Source: the human T2T-CHM13v2.0 reference genome, Homo sapiens. Taken from it: DNA of 64,000 nt. A program made the translations under genes and the position numbers. Shown here piece by piece: positions 14,403 through 28,399 of this stretch. The notes below the pieces were generated by a model. That model saw nothing but the letters and a program-made list of their open reading frames with translations, did not search any database and had not been told where the DNA came from. The stretch lies in the NCBI RefSeq assembly GCF_009914755.1, contig NC_060936.1; one strand, given 5' to 3'. Each line of letters opens with the position of its first letter. The first letter of the stretch is position 1.

Positions 14403-15530
14403 ATTGTTCATTGTAGCACTATTCACAATAGCAAAGACATGAAATAAACCTAAATGCCTATCATTGTTAGACTAGATAAAATGTGGTCTATATACACCAT
14501 GGAATAATATGCAGTCATAAAAAAGAATGAGATCATGTCCTTTGCAGCAACCTGCATGGAGCTGAGCTGGAGGCCATTATCCTAAGCAGACTAACCCAGG
14601 AACAGAAAACCAAATACCACATGTTCTCACTTATAAGCAGGAACTAAATATTAAGGACACATGGACACAAAGAAGGGAACAATAGACGCCAGGGCCTGCT
14701 TGAGGGTGCAGGGTGAGAGGAGGTGAGGATCAAAAAAATAACAATTGGGTACTATACTTGTCACCAGTAGAGGGCTGTGACTGCAAGTTGTTCAGGTTCT
14801 TGGCGTTTTGAACGAAGAACTGGACAAAACGCCCAGCAAAGCCAAGAAAGAATGAAACAAGAAAAGAATGAAAGCAGAGGTTTATTGAAAATGAAAGTAC
14901 ACTCCACAGTGCGGGAGTGGGTGTGAGCAGCGGCTCAAGGGTCTGGATACAGAATCTTCTTGGGTCCAAATATTCCCTGGAATCTTCTTGGGTCCAAATG
15001 TCCCCTATTCCCATGGCCACTTCATGCTCACCTCATGTAAATGAAGTGGTAGCCCACAATCAGTCTGATTGGTTGCAGAAAGCAGCCAACCAGAGACTGA
15101 AGTAAGTTAAAAAGGTTACTCTCCTATGCAAACATCTGATTGGTTGCAAAAGGCAACCAATCAGAGGCTAGGGTGAAGTAACAAAGTTATACTTCTATGC
15201 AAACGAAGACTCGCCTGCAATCAGTCTGATTGGTTGCGGACAGCCAATTTCCTATCTGCCCCGCAGAAAAGGTGGGGGTTTCCAAAGGGAGTAACCTCTG
15301 GTCCTTTTGTTACTCAGGCGTGGAAAGTTAGGGTTTTCCTTTCGATTTAGTTCAAGGAAGTTCGCGTGAGACAGCCTTAGATTCCCTTCCTTCAGTCCCT
15401 ATTCTCCTGCCTCATACTTATTACCTGGGTGATGAAATAATCTGTATACCAAACCCCTATGACATGCAATTTACCTATGTAACAAACCTGCACAGGTACC
15501 CTGAACTTAAAATAAAAGTTAAAAATAAAA
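14403..15530 (+). mobile_element. 5'-truncated older primate L1 3' end, interrupted by an LTR
   Basis: L1 ORF2 end/3'UTR (gcactattcacaatagcaaagac...aacctgcac...aataaaagttaaaaa) is continuous across 14758/15419. Confidence 0.85.
14759..15414 (-). mobile_element. ERV1 solo LTR (MER51A-like), 656 bp
   Basis: TG...CA termini, 4-bp TSD TACT, - strand begins TGAGGCAGGAGAATAGGG, several CCAAT boxes, AATAAA on - at 14881-14886. Confidence 0.85.
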
Positions 15531-15995
15531 GAAAATTAGTAGTTGTCTCTATGTTGATACATTGTGGAGTTAGTCTCCCAGTTTGACTTGCCTCGTTGGG
15601 CTGGAGAACATTAGGAGTGTTTTTGTTTTGTTTTTCTTTTGAGCTATAGTTAGTAATGGGAACAAAAAAAATCATTAAAAAAACTTTTATACAGCTATCA
15701 TAAAAATATTAATGTGTTTGCCTCTGATGAAGTAAGCAGCGTCTGATAAATGTCCATTGTTTTGAACAGCCGCCTGCTGTTGTTAGCTTCTTGGTCCATT
15801 GCACATGTGTATGGGCATACACATAGACACACGCATCTCTCTCCACTGTGTCTAGTAAACATTAATTCATAATGCATTACCAACATTAAGCAGAAACTTT
15901 GGATCTCAGAAAGTTGACGATTTTCTCTATACTTTTGTTTTCTAAGTAAAACAAATTGTTTAATTAAGTACCTCATTATTTCCTTTCCTTTACAG

Positions 15996-16118
15996 ATAGA
16001 AGTCCTTATAGATTTGAGATTCTTTTCTGAAGCCTTTTATGAGATATCCCAAATTTTCTATGGAAAAAACATGCCTTGTCCAATACCTGCAGGCTATAAA
16101 GCCACTGGAAAAATGAAG
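15996..16118 (+). CDS. CFAP54: CFAP54 coding exon (123 nt, 0->0): IEVLIDLRFFSEAFYE...YKATGKMK
   Basis: cctttacag|A acceptor, AAG|gtaacc donor; in frame. Confidence 0.92.
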
Positions 16119-17384
16119 GTAACCTGACAATTTGATTCAAAGCAATTTCTTTACCTATGAGGGATACATTCCTAAAATGTAAGGAACATTCCCACGAAAG
16201 TGTATTTACAATCTCTGGTATTTTAGCCCTCTTTGTTAAGCCTGGTTACAACTAACATCAGGATTTTATGAGGTTTCATTTGTCTGGGTTGGAAGAGTGT
16301 CATGGGGGAGGGAGCATGGTTTTGGAGTAGTTTTTGCAATCGAATTCTGGCTCAGGGATGCTGCATGTTGCTTTTTGTTAGTTACCATGGGCAGTCTCAC
16401 TAGGCACATTTATCAGCCACTACTGCTTAGTTTTTTGAGTCTAACATTATAATTTCTGGTTAAGATTTTAAATCAAAATAGTCTTTCCTTATGTCTTATT
16501 TGCATCTCTTTGATTTTCATACTTTATACCAAAGTTTTAAGAATGTGTTCAAATTTCTTCTGATTTCTGTGAGGAGAGAACATTCCTCCATATTGTCTAA
16601 CCTTTTTTGATTTTAGGAGATAGTTTTTACCTGGCTTGTTTAATTTGTATTTATAAACTGGATAATTGAAGCATCCTTGAAAATGAATACTGGAGTTGAC
16701 GTTTAAAGCATAAATTAAATCAGAGGGAGCTATTATTTTCCTCTCTTTTAGTCTTCATGGTGGTCTGGGAATCACTGGGTGATCATGCTTCAGGCAGATG
16801 CTTGGACCCTCCTAGACCAGCAATAAAGGAAATGGGAGAAGGTAGCAAGTCAGTTTGCCTGGGAGAGAGTGTGTGTGTGAGGAGTGAGACTGATAGGCAC
16901 AATACCAGCTGGTTGGATTCAAATTTGGAGGACCTAAAGCAACCTGGAGAATGAGCTATAAGTCTTGAAAACCACTAGCATAAGCTGACATTATATTTAC
17001 ATATAATATGATCATTACTTCAGAGTATTCCCCTAAAATGTACCTGCTTATTACTCCATATGACTGCTACAGCATTATAATTTATTGTAATAGGGGATGA
17101 GGCTATCCACAGAACATCCCAAGAGGGATGTTTGTTAGGCAATTGGATACATGTATGTGCATGAGTATGTATGTATATACATCCATATATATGCATATAT
17201 CTGTGTGAGATTGATAGGTAGATGGATAGAGAGATACACATAGAGAGGGGAAAGAGAGAGAAATTGGAGTCAGTTGATTGACTGTTTTGCTCATTTTCTG
17301 TGGCATAAATTTAAGCATCATCTTACCTGGATTAAATTAGCAATATTTTCTTGCTTGCTCCTCAGTTAATTACACTTTAATTAG

Positions 17385-18560
17385 TTAAAAAAATATTTTT
17401 TGAGTGCTTACTGAATACAGATGCCATTCCAGGCATGGAGATAGAGCAGTAGAAAGACAGCAGGGGGGCTCCTGCTTTCCTGGAGCTTACAGTCCAGTGA
17501 GGAAGACAAACACCAAATACATTAAGCACATAAGTATATGTCAGGTATATACACAGCTGTCAAGGACAGTCAAGCAGAGTTGAGGGGATGGAGAGTGACC
17601 AGGGCAGTGGAGTGCTGTTTTATTCAAAGTGGTTTGGAGAATCTCTATAATAAGCAAGTTTTGAGGGAAGTGAGCCATGGAAAGATCTGAGGGAACAACC
17701 TTCCAAGTAGGAGGAACTGCAAGGGCAAAGGTTCTAAAAGGGATGCTTGCAAGATGTGGTTGAGGAAAACCAAGTAGGCAAAGTGAGGCTGCAATGAGGA
17801 GGAGGAGGAGGAGGAGGGACCTAGGAGTCAGATCATGTAAGACCTCATAGGGCTTGATAAGGACTGGAATTTTCTCTAAATAAGATGGGAAACTGCGCAG
17901 TTTTGAGCAGAGAAGTGACGTGATAGGAATTAAATATGAAAAGACACTGCTTACTATTGGGGAAGAGGCTGTGGGTGGGCAGGGGTGTACATTGGGACAC
18001 CAGTTAGGAGGCTGTTGCAGATAATCTGGGTGGGGCATAATAGTGATTGAGATGATTGTGCCGAAGGGAGTGAACAGCAGTCCGGTTCTGGGTGTGTTGT
18101 GAAGGTACAGCCAGCTGCATTTGCTGATAATCGTTTGGATACAGGATGTAAGAGAAAGGAGGCAAGGATGACTACAGAGTGTTCAACCTGAGCAACTGGT
18201 AGGAAGATTTTTTCGTGTACTGAGATGGGGAATACTGCTCCAGATAGGGGTTGAACATGTTAAGTATGAGAGTCCCAGTAGACATCCAGGTGGAAATGCA
18301 GCATAGTTAGGTGCAGATCATATAGGGTCTGGAATTCAGGGGAGAGTTTGGGGTTGCAGGGACACATTTGGGAATGCTGGAAGAGAGATTTAAAATCACG
18401 GAACTAGATGAATTCAGCTGGGGATGAGGCAGATAGAGAAAAGCAGAAGTCAGAGGACTAGACATTAGGGTCACTCACATTTAGAGTCCAGGAGGATGAG
18501 AAGGAAAGAGAAACCAGTTGGGTAGGATGAGAAACAAGAGAGAGTTTTCAATGGTCACTG
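17385..18560 (-). mobile_element. LINE-2 fragment
   Basis: Purine-rich degenerate L2 motifs (tgagtgcttact..., ttttgagcagagaagtgac, agacatccaggtgga). Confidence 0.7.
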
Positions 18561-19134
18561 CCTTCACTGAAATAAATAAACAAAAGTTCAGAAGCTAATT
18601 TTTACAAGTAGATTCCAAACTTCATTTTTATCAACTAGTTTTCATAAGATAAATGTATGGGTGAATCTATCTCCCAGTAGATTCTGATTTCAGATTTTGT
18701 ATTCTCAAAGTTAATTTGCAGCTTTCGAGCTTCAGTTGGGAATTTCAAAAGTGTAATTAAAAGAGGAAGTGTGTTCAGGATTTATAATTAAAATAGGTGC
18801 CAATGTTATTAAGCTGCAGGCTAGTTATTTAAAGAAGGGATTAATGAATTAAGTTTCACTTGTAAAAGAAGTAACTGAAAAAGTCCTACAGATTACTATT
18901 GAACTTTTCACAGGCCTTTAAAAAAATTCTGTATTTTAACATTATACTCATATTGGTATTCTGCTCTTATCATCAAATCTAAAGTCCCATTATTAAACTC
19001 TCTTTAATGTATACCACCAAGAATTTCCCCTTGGATTCAGTTACTCACTTTTCAATGTATTATGGGTAATAAAGAATATCTTCAAAGAAGGGAAAAATTT
19101 TTAAAACACCAATACTTTTTCAATAAAAGCTATC

Positions 19135-19525
19135 TGTGATATATCGTTTTGGGAGGTTCCCTTAAAAGCAGATCCTGAGACTAGGATTTGGGAACAATAG
19201 TGTCCTTGGGAAGTGATTCTAGGAAGTAAGATGAGCTAGCAGGGAAGCTAGATAGGGGAAAACCAATCCAGAGAGTGTGAACGAGAAGGTCACCGATATG
19301 GGTAACTGGGGCTCTCAGAGAGACTGGGTAGAACACTTCTGTTCTTCTTTGGTAAGGTTTATTCTCTGCACTTCTAGCCTCTCCTGAACATTCTTATGGC
19401 CAGGCAAAGAGCTACAGGTACTTGAGTAGGACACCATCTACATGTGAGCAACCTGTCCATGGAAGCTGCTGGTGACTTCCTGGTGACCAAGGGGGATGAG
19501 GGAGGGGCAAAGGGACATCGCTGTT
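19135..19525. mobile_element. Ancient ERVL-type LTR fragment (LTR16/33-like)
   Basis: aagcagatcctgagactaggatttg...gggaagtgattctaggaag motif. Confidence 0.5.
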
Positions 19526-20157
19526 GGATTCTACCAATGGGAATCTTTTAAAAAGGGCCTTCTATACCAAGAGAGATGCATCCTACTAGATACATCAGTC
19601 TCCTGTGGCAAATAAACTAAATGTTTCCTAATGCAACATTATATTTAGAGCCAAATATAATGACAAGTAATACACCAAAAAGGAAAAAAAAACCAAAAAT
19701 ATTTATTCTGATAGCAATACAATTTTATCTCAAACTGGTAACGATTTTTTTAAGTGATAATACTGACTGTTGTTAAAAGTGCAATAATTCTGACATTTTC
19801 ATACAATGTGGGTGGGAGTGTAAATTGAGCCAGACTCTTTCAATTTTCTCAGTATATTCATATCTTTTGACCCAGAAATTCTGCTTCCAGGAATCTATCC
19901 TAAGGTAATAATCAGAAATATAAACAAAATAGTCATCAGTGTTATTTAAACTAGGGCTGAATGATGGGATAATGATGGGGAAGTGGCTCCCTCAGATATC
20001 CAGCAATAGGAAAGAGGTTATTAGGCTACATTCATAGGATAAAGTATCACCTACACATTAGACTGAAGTTTACAAATAATGATATGGGAAGAAAATTATG
20101 ATGTAATGTTTAGTGAACATGGAATAGAAATCTATTTTTAAAAATTTAAAATACATC

Positions 20158-20509
<352 letters not shown>

Positions 20510-20747
20510 AAATACATCAAAAAGAAGTTAGTAGGAAAAACATCAAATATTAACATTGTAATTCTTAAAAGAAGTTGACTTATGTATGATTTTTACTTTA
20601 TACAATACTTATCTTTTCTGACTAGAGCATAAATTACTTTTTCAATAAAAATGATAATTAAAATAATTTTAGAACACATTAAATGTTTTATTGAAAAGAA
20701 TACTCAAGTAATCTTGTTCTTGCTGTTACTATTTTGTATTTTGACAG

Positions 20748-20801
20748 ATCTTTCAATCATTTGACTCAGGAAAACCTCTTACCAGTAAAGAAAATATACA
20801 G
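20748..20801 (+). CDS. CFAP54: CFAP54 coding exon (54 nt, 0->0): IFQSFDSGKPLTSKENIQ
   Basis: ttttgacag|A acceptor, CAG|gtaagg donor; in frame. Confidence 0.88.
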
Positions 20802-22024
20802 GTAAGGATAATAATATTTTATAAACATGGTTTTCCTAAGTGTGGATAATTTTTGAGTCATTCTAATCTATTTGGTTGATACAGTCTTTGATTCTGAAAA
20901 TCTGCTGTGTAATATTCTTTTCTTTTTTTTTCCCAGTATCTTTCACAAAAAGAGGATTCTACTGCCCATCTAAATACATTTGTTCCTGTCACTAATGGAA
21001 TGATTGGGACTTAAGCACTTGATGACCTAGTAATATTTGAATATCTTGAAATAATAATTTTAAAAAACTTAGGCGTATTGGCAGTCTATCTCTCCTAGAA
21101 AGTGTTAGAGCAGAAGAGTTGTGGCACAACCATTGTTAAAGGGGGCTATGAATGGGGAAGGAGTTCATAGAACCAGACGACAGTTAATGCAGATATATAC
21201 ACATGGTTTTTATTTTTTTAAGTGCTAGGAAACAGCATTAAGTAAGGTATTTATTTTTAATTAAATAATTTTGAGAGATATTTTCTCAAAATTGCTTTAT
21301 TTTTGTCTTCCATAATTTTAATAGGACTATATCTAACTTTTATTAAATGTAATCTTATTACTTTTCTATTATTGTGCATTTTATTCCACAAAGTTCACTT
21401 TTAATTATCCTTCAGATGATTCATTGTTTTTTTTTTCCTAAAAATTTGTTTTAATTTATAAGCAATTTGCCTGAAATGAAATAACTGGTATTAGGAAGAT
21501 AGAAATACATATTCTTATTTCATTTTAGTGTTCCAAGACCTTGGGGTGTCTAAGAATATTTCTGTCTTTCCTATCTTAAATGCTAGAGCATCCTAAAACA
21601 CTTCCTTAGGGAGTGGTTTTTGGTATAAAAAGAATGTCTGTCTGATGATTTCTTTTTATTCAAAAAGAGACTAACAGTATAATGGAAACTCAGTTTCTAT
21701 TAGCTAGTTAGTTAAAACAGTACCGTTGGTCTGCTTAAGACTCTTCAGATTATACTTTATGTTTTTTTGCATAAAGGGAAAGAAGGGAGTGTTAAATAGT
21801 ATTACTAATTAATCTTCTTTTGATCCTCAAGTGTTTGTGTGTAATTGTCAAGGCTCATTAAATCACTGTTTGCTGTAGAGAGAAAAGACAAGAGAAAGCT
21901 TCTCTCAACCAATCTGAAGTTTCATGCTTCAAGCTCTTCCAAACAATGGAATTTTTTTGTTTACGTAAGGCAAATAGTTTCTCTTTTTTTTTTCTAGAAT
22001 AGATAGCCCCAACATCTGCCTTAT

Positions 22025-24210
22025 GTATTAATTCAACAACAAAATCAAGAGCCTATTGTGTGCAAGGCAATAGGCTGCCAATCAGCATTAGTTCTGATGC
22101 TGTCAATCAACATTAGTCAATCAACAATACAGAAAAACTCCAAGCTCTCATGGAGCTTGTATTTTAATGGGCAAGACTAGTAATAAAGCATGATATATAA
22201 GTAAATATATTATAAATATGTAAATTATATAGTGCATTAGACGGAGAACCATGCTGTGGGAGAAAATAAATGCAGCTGTGCATAAAGGGAATTGGGAGCA
22301 TGGGGCTAGGTTGGAGATGGTAATTTTAAATGGGGTAATCAGGTTAGTCTTCACTGAAGTGGCTTTTGTAAATAGACCTGAAACAGCTAAAGGTGCAAGT
22401 CATATGAAATCTGGAGAAGGAACAATCTAAAAAGAGGGAAAGGTAAGTGAAAAGGCCCTGAGACAAGATTGCCTAGCTTGGCGAGGGACATCCAAGCCAG
22501 TGTGGCTAGAGCTCTGTGAATGATGGGAGCAGTAGGAGATAAGGTCAGAGAGGTCAAATTGAGAAGGGGTTGTAGGGCCATTGTAACTAGGCTGTTATCT
22601 GAGCAAAATGAAGAGCCACTGGAGAGTTTTGAGCAGAAGTGTGTCCTGACTGATTTATGCCATAAAGGGATTACTTTTCCTAATCTGTTGAGCCCACCAT
22701 GTGCCAGGTACTGTTCTGATGCTGTCAATCAAATACATCAGTCAACCATAATACAAATTCCCAAACCTCAAAGCACTTACATTGTGTGTGTATGTGTGTG
22801 TGTGTGTGTGTTTGTGTGCGCACGTGTGTGTGTGCTGGAGATACTGAGTTTAGAGATGTTGAGTTTGAGATATCTGTTAGACATCCAAGTGGAGGAATTG
22901 AGTCAGAAGTTGATTCTGTGAATTTGGAGTTCAGAAGAGAGGTTGGAGCTACAGCGAAAAAGTTGTGATTTCATCAGCATTCAGATGAAATTAAAACCAT
23001 GAGCCTGATTAAGATCACCTAAGGGGAGGGAGTGAGGAGAAGGAAGAGCACTGAGTTCCAGGACAGTCCAATATTAAGAGGTATAGGAGAAGAAGAAGAA
23101 CCAGCAAAGAAGACAGAAAAGGAGAGGCCAGTAGGATAGGAAGGAAACTAAGGGAGTGTGGTGGCCTGAAAGCCAAGAGGAGAAAGCGTGTTTGGAAAGA
23201 GTGGGTGATCAGTAGTATCAAATTTTGATGATGAATCAAATACAATAATACACTGAGTCTTTAACTTGAATTTTTTTTTTCACATTTAATGTCTCTAAAA
23301 TCAGAATGCATTTTACAGTTGATGGCATGTGACAGCTTAATTGGCATATAAAATAATGGCATCAGGTCAGAAGTTACATGGTATTCAAAGACTGATAATT
23401 GACCATTAGATTTAGCCAAGTGTAGGCCATCAGTGGATTTGACCAGAGGGTTAAGACGTAGGGATGGAGTGGGTTTAGGAGCAAATGAAAGGAGAGAAAC
23501 TGGAACTCTTCAGAGTGTTGCTGTGAAGGGGAGGAAAGAATGGGGTAGTGGCTGGAGAAGGAAGTTGGGATATAGAGAGTTTTTGGGTTATTAAAATGGA
23601 GGAGATGAAGCATGGCTGTGTGCCGATAGGAATGTTTCTACAGAGATTAGCATATTTATGATATAGGAGAGAATGGCTGAGTAGCCCATTGGAGAAAGGA
23701 GTGAAGGCCTAAGTGGTAATGCCAGCCTTAGGTAGCAGAAAGGAAGGTAGAGCTGTTGGGGGCAGATGCTCAGGTGGATGAAACAGATGGAGGAGTTTGC
23801 TCTACTCTGACTGCTTCAGTTTTCCTAGTGAAGTGGAGGAAGCAAGGTCATTGGCTGGGAGGAAACCAGGGAAGGAAGGGTTAGAATTTAGAGGAGAGAA
23901 GGGCGCAAAATGGTTGTCTAAGAAAGAGAGAGAGGGTGAATGGACTGGCAAAATATTGGAATATTACCAGGCAGCATTGAGGTTTGGTTGGGTACTTAAA
24001 ATGGGACAATTTGTGTGATTGTGTGATTTTCTCCAGCCGTTTTCCACCCCAGGGATGCAGACCATAAGAGGGCTCAGAGTTGGATTTCAGAGTTAGAGCT
24101 GTGATTTTGCTAAGGAAGTGTGTTTGGATAGGTGAGGACCCAGGGAGTTGAGGGTGTATATGGGAAGGGGTTCTAATGATTGACGGTGGACTCTAAGCTG
24201 GGTAGGGAGA
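22025..24210 (-). mobile_element. LINE-2 fragments, including a (TG)n tract at ~22783-22833
   Basis: Same purine-rich L2 motifs as at 17.4-18.5 kb. Confidence 0.65.
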
Positions 24211-24614
24211 TTGCTTGTCTGCCCATCTTTTCCTGTTCCTGTCATAGTATCTCTGATTTACTTACACTAAAGCAGAGTAGCCGATGTGTGTGTCTAATGA
24301 GCTTTCAGTTTGTCTATTTTGATAAAGAATCCCATCCTTCACTCTGAGCACCAGGTTTACTCTGCCACGATGGCAGAGCTGGCCTCATGAGGCACAGGTT
24401 AGAAATTGGTGGGGAACAGCAGAAGCATTGTTGAACTGTTGAGATTGTTCCGATGTTACATGTCTCTCTCAGTAGACCTCCCATTTACAATACCCCATGC
24501 CCAGCCCTATATCCCTTCATCCAACACCAAATGTGAACTGCAAAAGAATGAATATAATAATATCTGAAAAAGTATTTTTCTAATTTGCTCTTTTTCCTTT
24601 TTTCCATTTTTTAG

Positions 24615-24810
24615 GCAATTGATGAATTAAGAAATAAAGGCTTGCCTGCAGTTCTGGTTACAATTGGCCAACCACATCTCTTAAATAAGTTTAATTTTGT
24701 TAAAGCATACTTTTTCCTAAGTGTGGCTGCGACAATAAATTGTGTCCCAGAAAATAAATTTAAGACAGTAATTACCAACAAGAGCAAACCAAACCTACCA
24801 AACTTGAAAG
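24615..24810 (+). CDS. CFAP54: CFAP54 coding exon (196 nt, 0->1): AIDELRNKGLPAVLVTIGQ...KPNLPNLK(E)
   Basis: Long pyrimidine tract + ttag|G, AAAG|gtaatt donor; ORF 24642..24881. Confidence 0.92.
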
Positions 24811-25707
24811 GTAATTGTTTTATTTTTTGCTTATTTCTCTTTCTCCTCCCTTTCCCTAACTGTTCTCCCAGCCCCCACTAATCTATATAAATGATACAGT
24901 ATATATTCTTCCACAGTTTTCTCTATGCTTATATAATGACACACATATGTACTTATGTCTAGGTGTATGCATACACATACGTGTTTATATATATATCCAT
25001 ATTCATATGCTTTATATATAATACACTATCATATGTATACACATACATGATAGGATAGGATTTATCATTTATTTACAAAATGGTATATTTACACTTTTCT
25101 GCATCTGGTATTTCCCATGCAGAAAAACTTCACTGAAATCACTCCAAGTCTACTGCTTTGCTTTGGTCCATTATATTGACTGTATAGTATTCTAGGCCAT
25201 GATCATCCCCCATGAATGTTCCTTGGCAACAAAGTGCATGTGCACCAATAGAGGAATGATTGAATAAGAAGAAATGTGTACCTCCACTCGTGCACATGCA
25301 CTTCATTTCCAAGGAACATTGCCACAGTGCAACATACCCAGATGACATAGTATATCTTTCTATGGGGTATATAACCCATGGATGGGATTTATGGGCCACA
25401 GGGAAATTTTCAATTGTATTAGATGTTGCCTTAAAAATAGGTGATTTTTACCATTCAGTATGATGTTAACTGTGGGTTTTTCATAGATATGCTTTATCAG
25501 GTTGAGCAATTTCTCTTCTATTCTTAGTTTGTCAAGTGATTTTTATCATTGAAAGGGTGTTGAATTCTATTCAATGCTCTATCTGCATCTATTGGGATGA
25601 TTATGTGGTCCTTGCTTTTTATTCTATTGATATGGTATGTTACATTAACTGATTTTTGGTCGTTTAACCAACCTTACATTCTTGGGATAAGTCCCACTTG
25701 ATCATGG

Positions 25708-25708
<1 letters not shown>

Positions 25709-25755
<47 letters not shown>

Positions 25756-26038
25756 GTTTTCGAGATGGAGTCTTACTCTGTTGCCCAGGCTGGAGCACAG
25801 TGGTGCAAGCTCAGCTCATTGCAACCTCTGCTTCTGGGTTCAAGTGATTCTCCTGCCTCAGCCTCCCAAGTAATTGGGACAATAGGCGCCTGCCACCACG
25901 CCCAGCTAATTTTTTGTGGTTTTCGTAGAGATAGGGTTTCACCATGTTGGCCAGGCTTGAACTCCTGATCTCAAGTGATCTGCCTGCCTCTGCCTCCCAA
26001 AGTGCTGGGATTACAGATGTGAGCCACTGCATGTGGCC
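25709..26038 (-). mobile_element. Alu with a (TTA)~15 tail
   Basis: Alu dimer preceded by a TTA trinucleotide tract. Confidence 0.93.
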
Positions 26039-26179
26039 AATAATTCTTTTTACTTGTTAGATTCTGTTTGCTAGCATTTTGTTGAAAATGATTGCATTCA
26101 TACTCATAAGAGATATTGGTCTGCAGTTTTCTTGTAGTGTCTTTGTCTAGTTTTGATATCAGAGTAATTCTGGGGCCTC

Positions 26180-26939
26180 TATTTTAAAATGTAGGTTTTA
26201 TTATTCAGGTATGGTGAGACCAACAGATCAGATGACTGCTACTGAAAAAAATAGTTACAGTTTCCAAGAGGAAGGGTGCGCCACACCACTGTGGGAGAAG
26301 GGAACACAGGAGAGCTTGGCTGCGTCTCAGGAGGCAGAGGGCAGTGCAAGGGAAACATGAGCAAGAACCTTTACTGTGTTTGCTATGCAAATGGATGGGT
26401 AAAGCAGAGTGAACAGGCTTAGTATTTGAATAATTTTAGTTTGAATAATTTCAGTGAGCCCTGGGGGCATAGGGGCTGTCTCTAGATATCTGATAACTGG
26501 TCTTGGGGTGATTAGGGCAGGGGAAGGGTGGCCTGGGGTAAGAGCCTAATAAAGGAGGTGGTGGGGGCATGGGCTCTTTAGTTTGCACATGAAAGGTGTA
26601 CTCACAGGTGAGTCTTTTACCATCTCTAGGAACTGGGAGGTCAGCAAGGCCCCAAATGTTATCATTTCTACATCAGACATACAGAATTTTTTTTTTTTTG
26701 AGATGGAGTTTTGCTCTTGTCACCCAGGCTGGAGTGCAATGGTGTCATCTAGGCTTACTGCAACCTCCGCCTCCCAAGTTCAAGCAATTCTCCTGCCTCA
26801 GTCTCCTGGGTAACTGGGATTACAGGTTCCTGCCACCATGCCCAGCTAAGTTATTGTATTTTTAGTAGAGACGGGGTTTTATCATGTTGGCCAGGCTGGT
26901 CTTGAGACATACAGAAAATGTAAAGGCATAATTAATATA
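26180..26939. mobile_element. ERVL-class solo LTR (subfamily uncertain)
   Basis: Non-L1 insert with 5-bp TSD GCCTC (26175-26179, 26940-26944); L1 resumes gcctcatagaatgag. Confidence 0.7.
26687..26904 (-). mobile_element. 5'-truncated Alu
   Basis: Stops at the B-box region; TSD AGACATACAGAA at 26675-26686 and 26905-26916. Confidence 0.92.
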
Positions 26940-28399
26940 GCCTCATAGAATGAGTTGGGAAGTGTTCCCTCCTCTTTTATATTTTAGAAGAGTTTGTGAA
27001 GAATTGATATTAACTCTTCTTTAAATGTTTGGTAGAATTCAACAGTGAAGACATCTGAGCTTGAACTTATATTTGTGGATAGCATTTTGATGAGCAATTC
27101 AATCTCTTTACTTGTAGTTCTCTTAAAATTATCTATTTCTTGACTCAGTTTTGGTAGTTTGTGTCTTTCTAGGAATTCATCCATTTCATCTGTGTTATTT
27201 AATTTATTGGCATACAATTTTTTCATAGTATTCCTTTATAATTCTTTTTTTAAATTCTGTAAGGTTAGTAGTAATGTTTCCTCTTTCATTTCCAGTTCTA
27301 TTAATTTGAGTCTTCTCCCTTTTTCTTTCTCAGTCTACCTATAGGTTTTTCAATTTTGTTGATTTCTTCTACTTTTTCTTCTGTTCTCTGTTTTATTATT
27401 ATCTATTTCAATCTTTATTATTTTCTTTGTTCACTACACTTATGAGTTGGGAAAAAGACTTAGAGGGGCTCCTGTGTTCTCAGTGTTACTTTGCTTAAGC
27501 TAGAGACTCTGTCCCACAAGGTGGTGAGGCTGGGTGGAACAAGGGAACCCTGTCTGCTTAGTTGTGCCAGTTTGAAGTGAAGTTTCCATCTCACTGAACA
27601 GGCAGAGGGAAGAGAAGTAGTCATCTTTCTCCAAATACCACAGACTTGCAGTACTGTTCTCACCACATTTTAGTAAGTGTTCTTGACTAGATGTTTAATC
27701 ATTTGCTGTATGACCTTAGAATCATTTCCAGAGACTTTAAGCATTAAAAAACCAATAATTTTTACTAATTTAATGGTAAAGTGGGTTCATAGAGCTCTTC
27801 ACATTGGGATGCCAGAAGTTAATCTCCTGAACAATGTGTTTTTGAGATTTATCTGTATTTATGTTTGTAGCTGTGGTTCCTTTATTTTCACTTTATTTCT
27901 TCATGTACTGGTGATAGACATTTAGACTGTTTTCTGTAAACATTATTATACATGTCTCTGAGTGCTTATGAGTAAGAGCTTCTATATATCTAGGAATGAA
28001 ATTGATGTGTCATATTTAACTTAAAATTTAAAGTTAATTAATATCTCTACCCTCTTCATAGATCATTTTGTTCTGATCACCCTTTCCTACTTTTATGATT
28101 TGATAGCTTTAGGTTTTAGTTTTATTTTTTTGTTAGTTTGATATTTATACATTATACTATTTTTTTTCCATCCAATGGTTGTTTAGCTTTACCTACTTAT
28201 TTGCTGTTTCCTTTGCTCACCATTACTTACTGCGTTTCAGACTTTGGATGTCTCTTTTGCCTGAGATGTTATATCCTTTGTAAGTTTAGATGAATAGCTA
28301 GTGTGTCATTATCATTTATTTAAAAAATCTATCGTTTCCTCACTGAAATAAGAAATTCATTATATAATAAATTCTCATATGTACCAGGTTATGATTCTT

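Larger units (their letters stand above)
25450..27425 (-). mobile_element. Old L1 (L1M) ORF2 fragment hosting nested Alu and LTR insertions
   Basis: ORF 26984..27226 resembles L1 ORF2 (KLYANKL..DEMD.FLE..KLPKL...EFYQTFKEEL). Confidence 0.85.

Noticed and set aside
17541-18038. 165-aa - strand ORF
   Set aside because: Lies within degenerate L2 sequence; no splice or homology support
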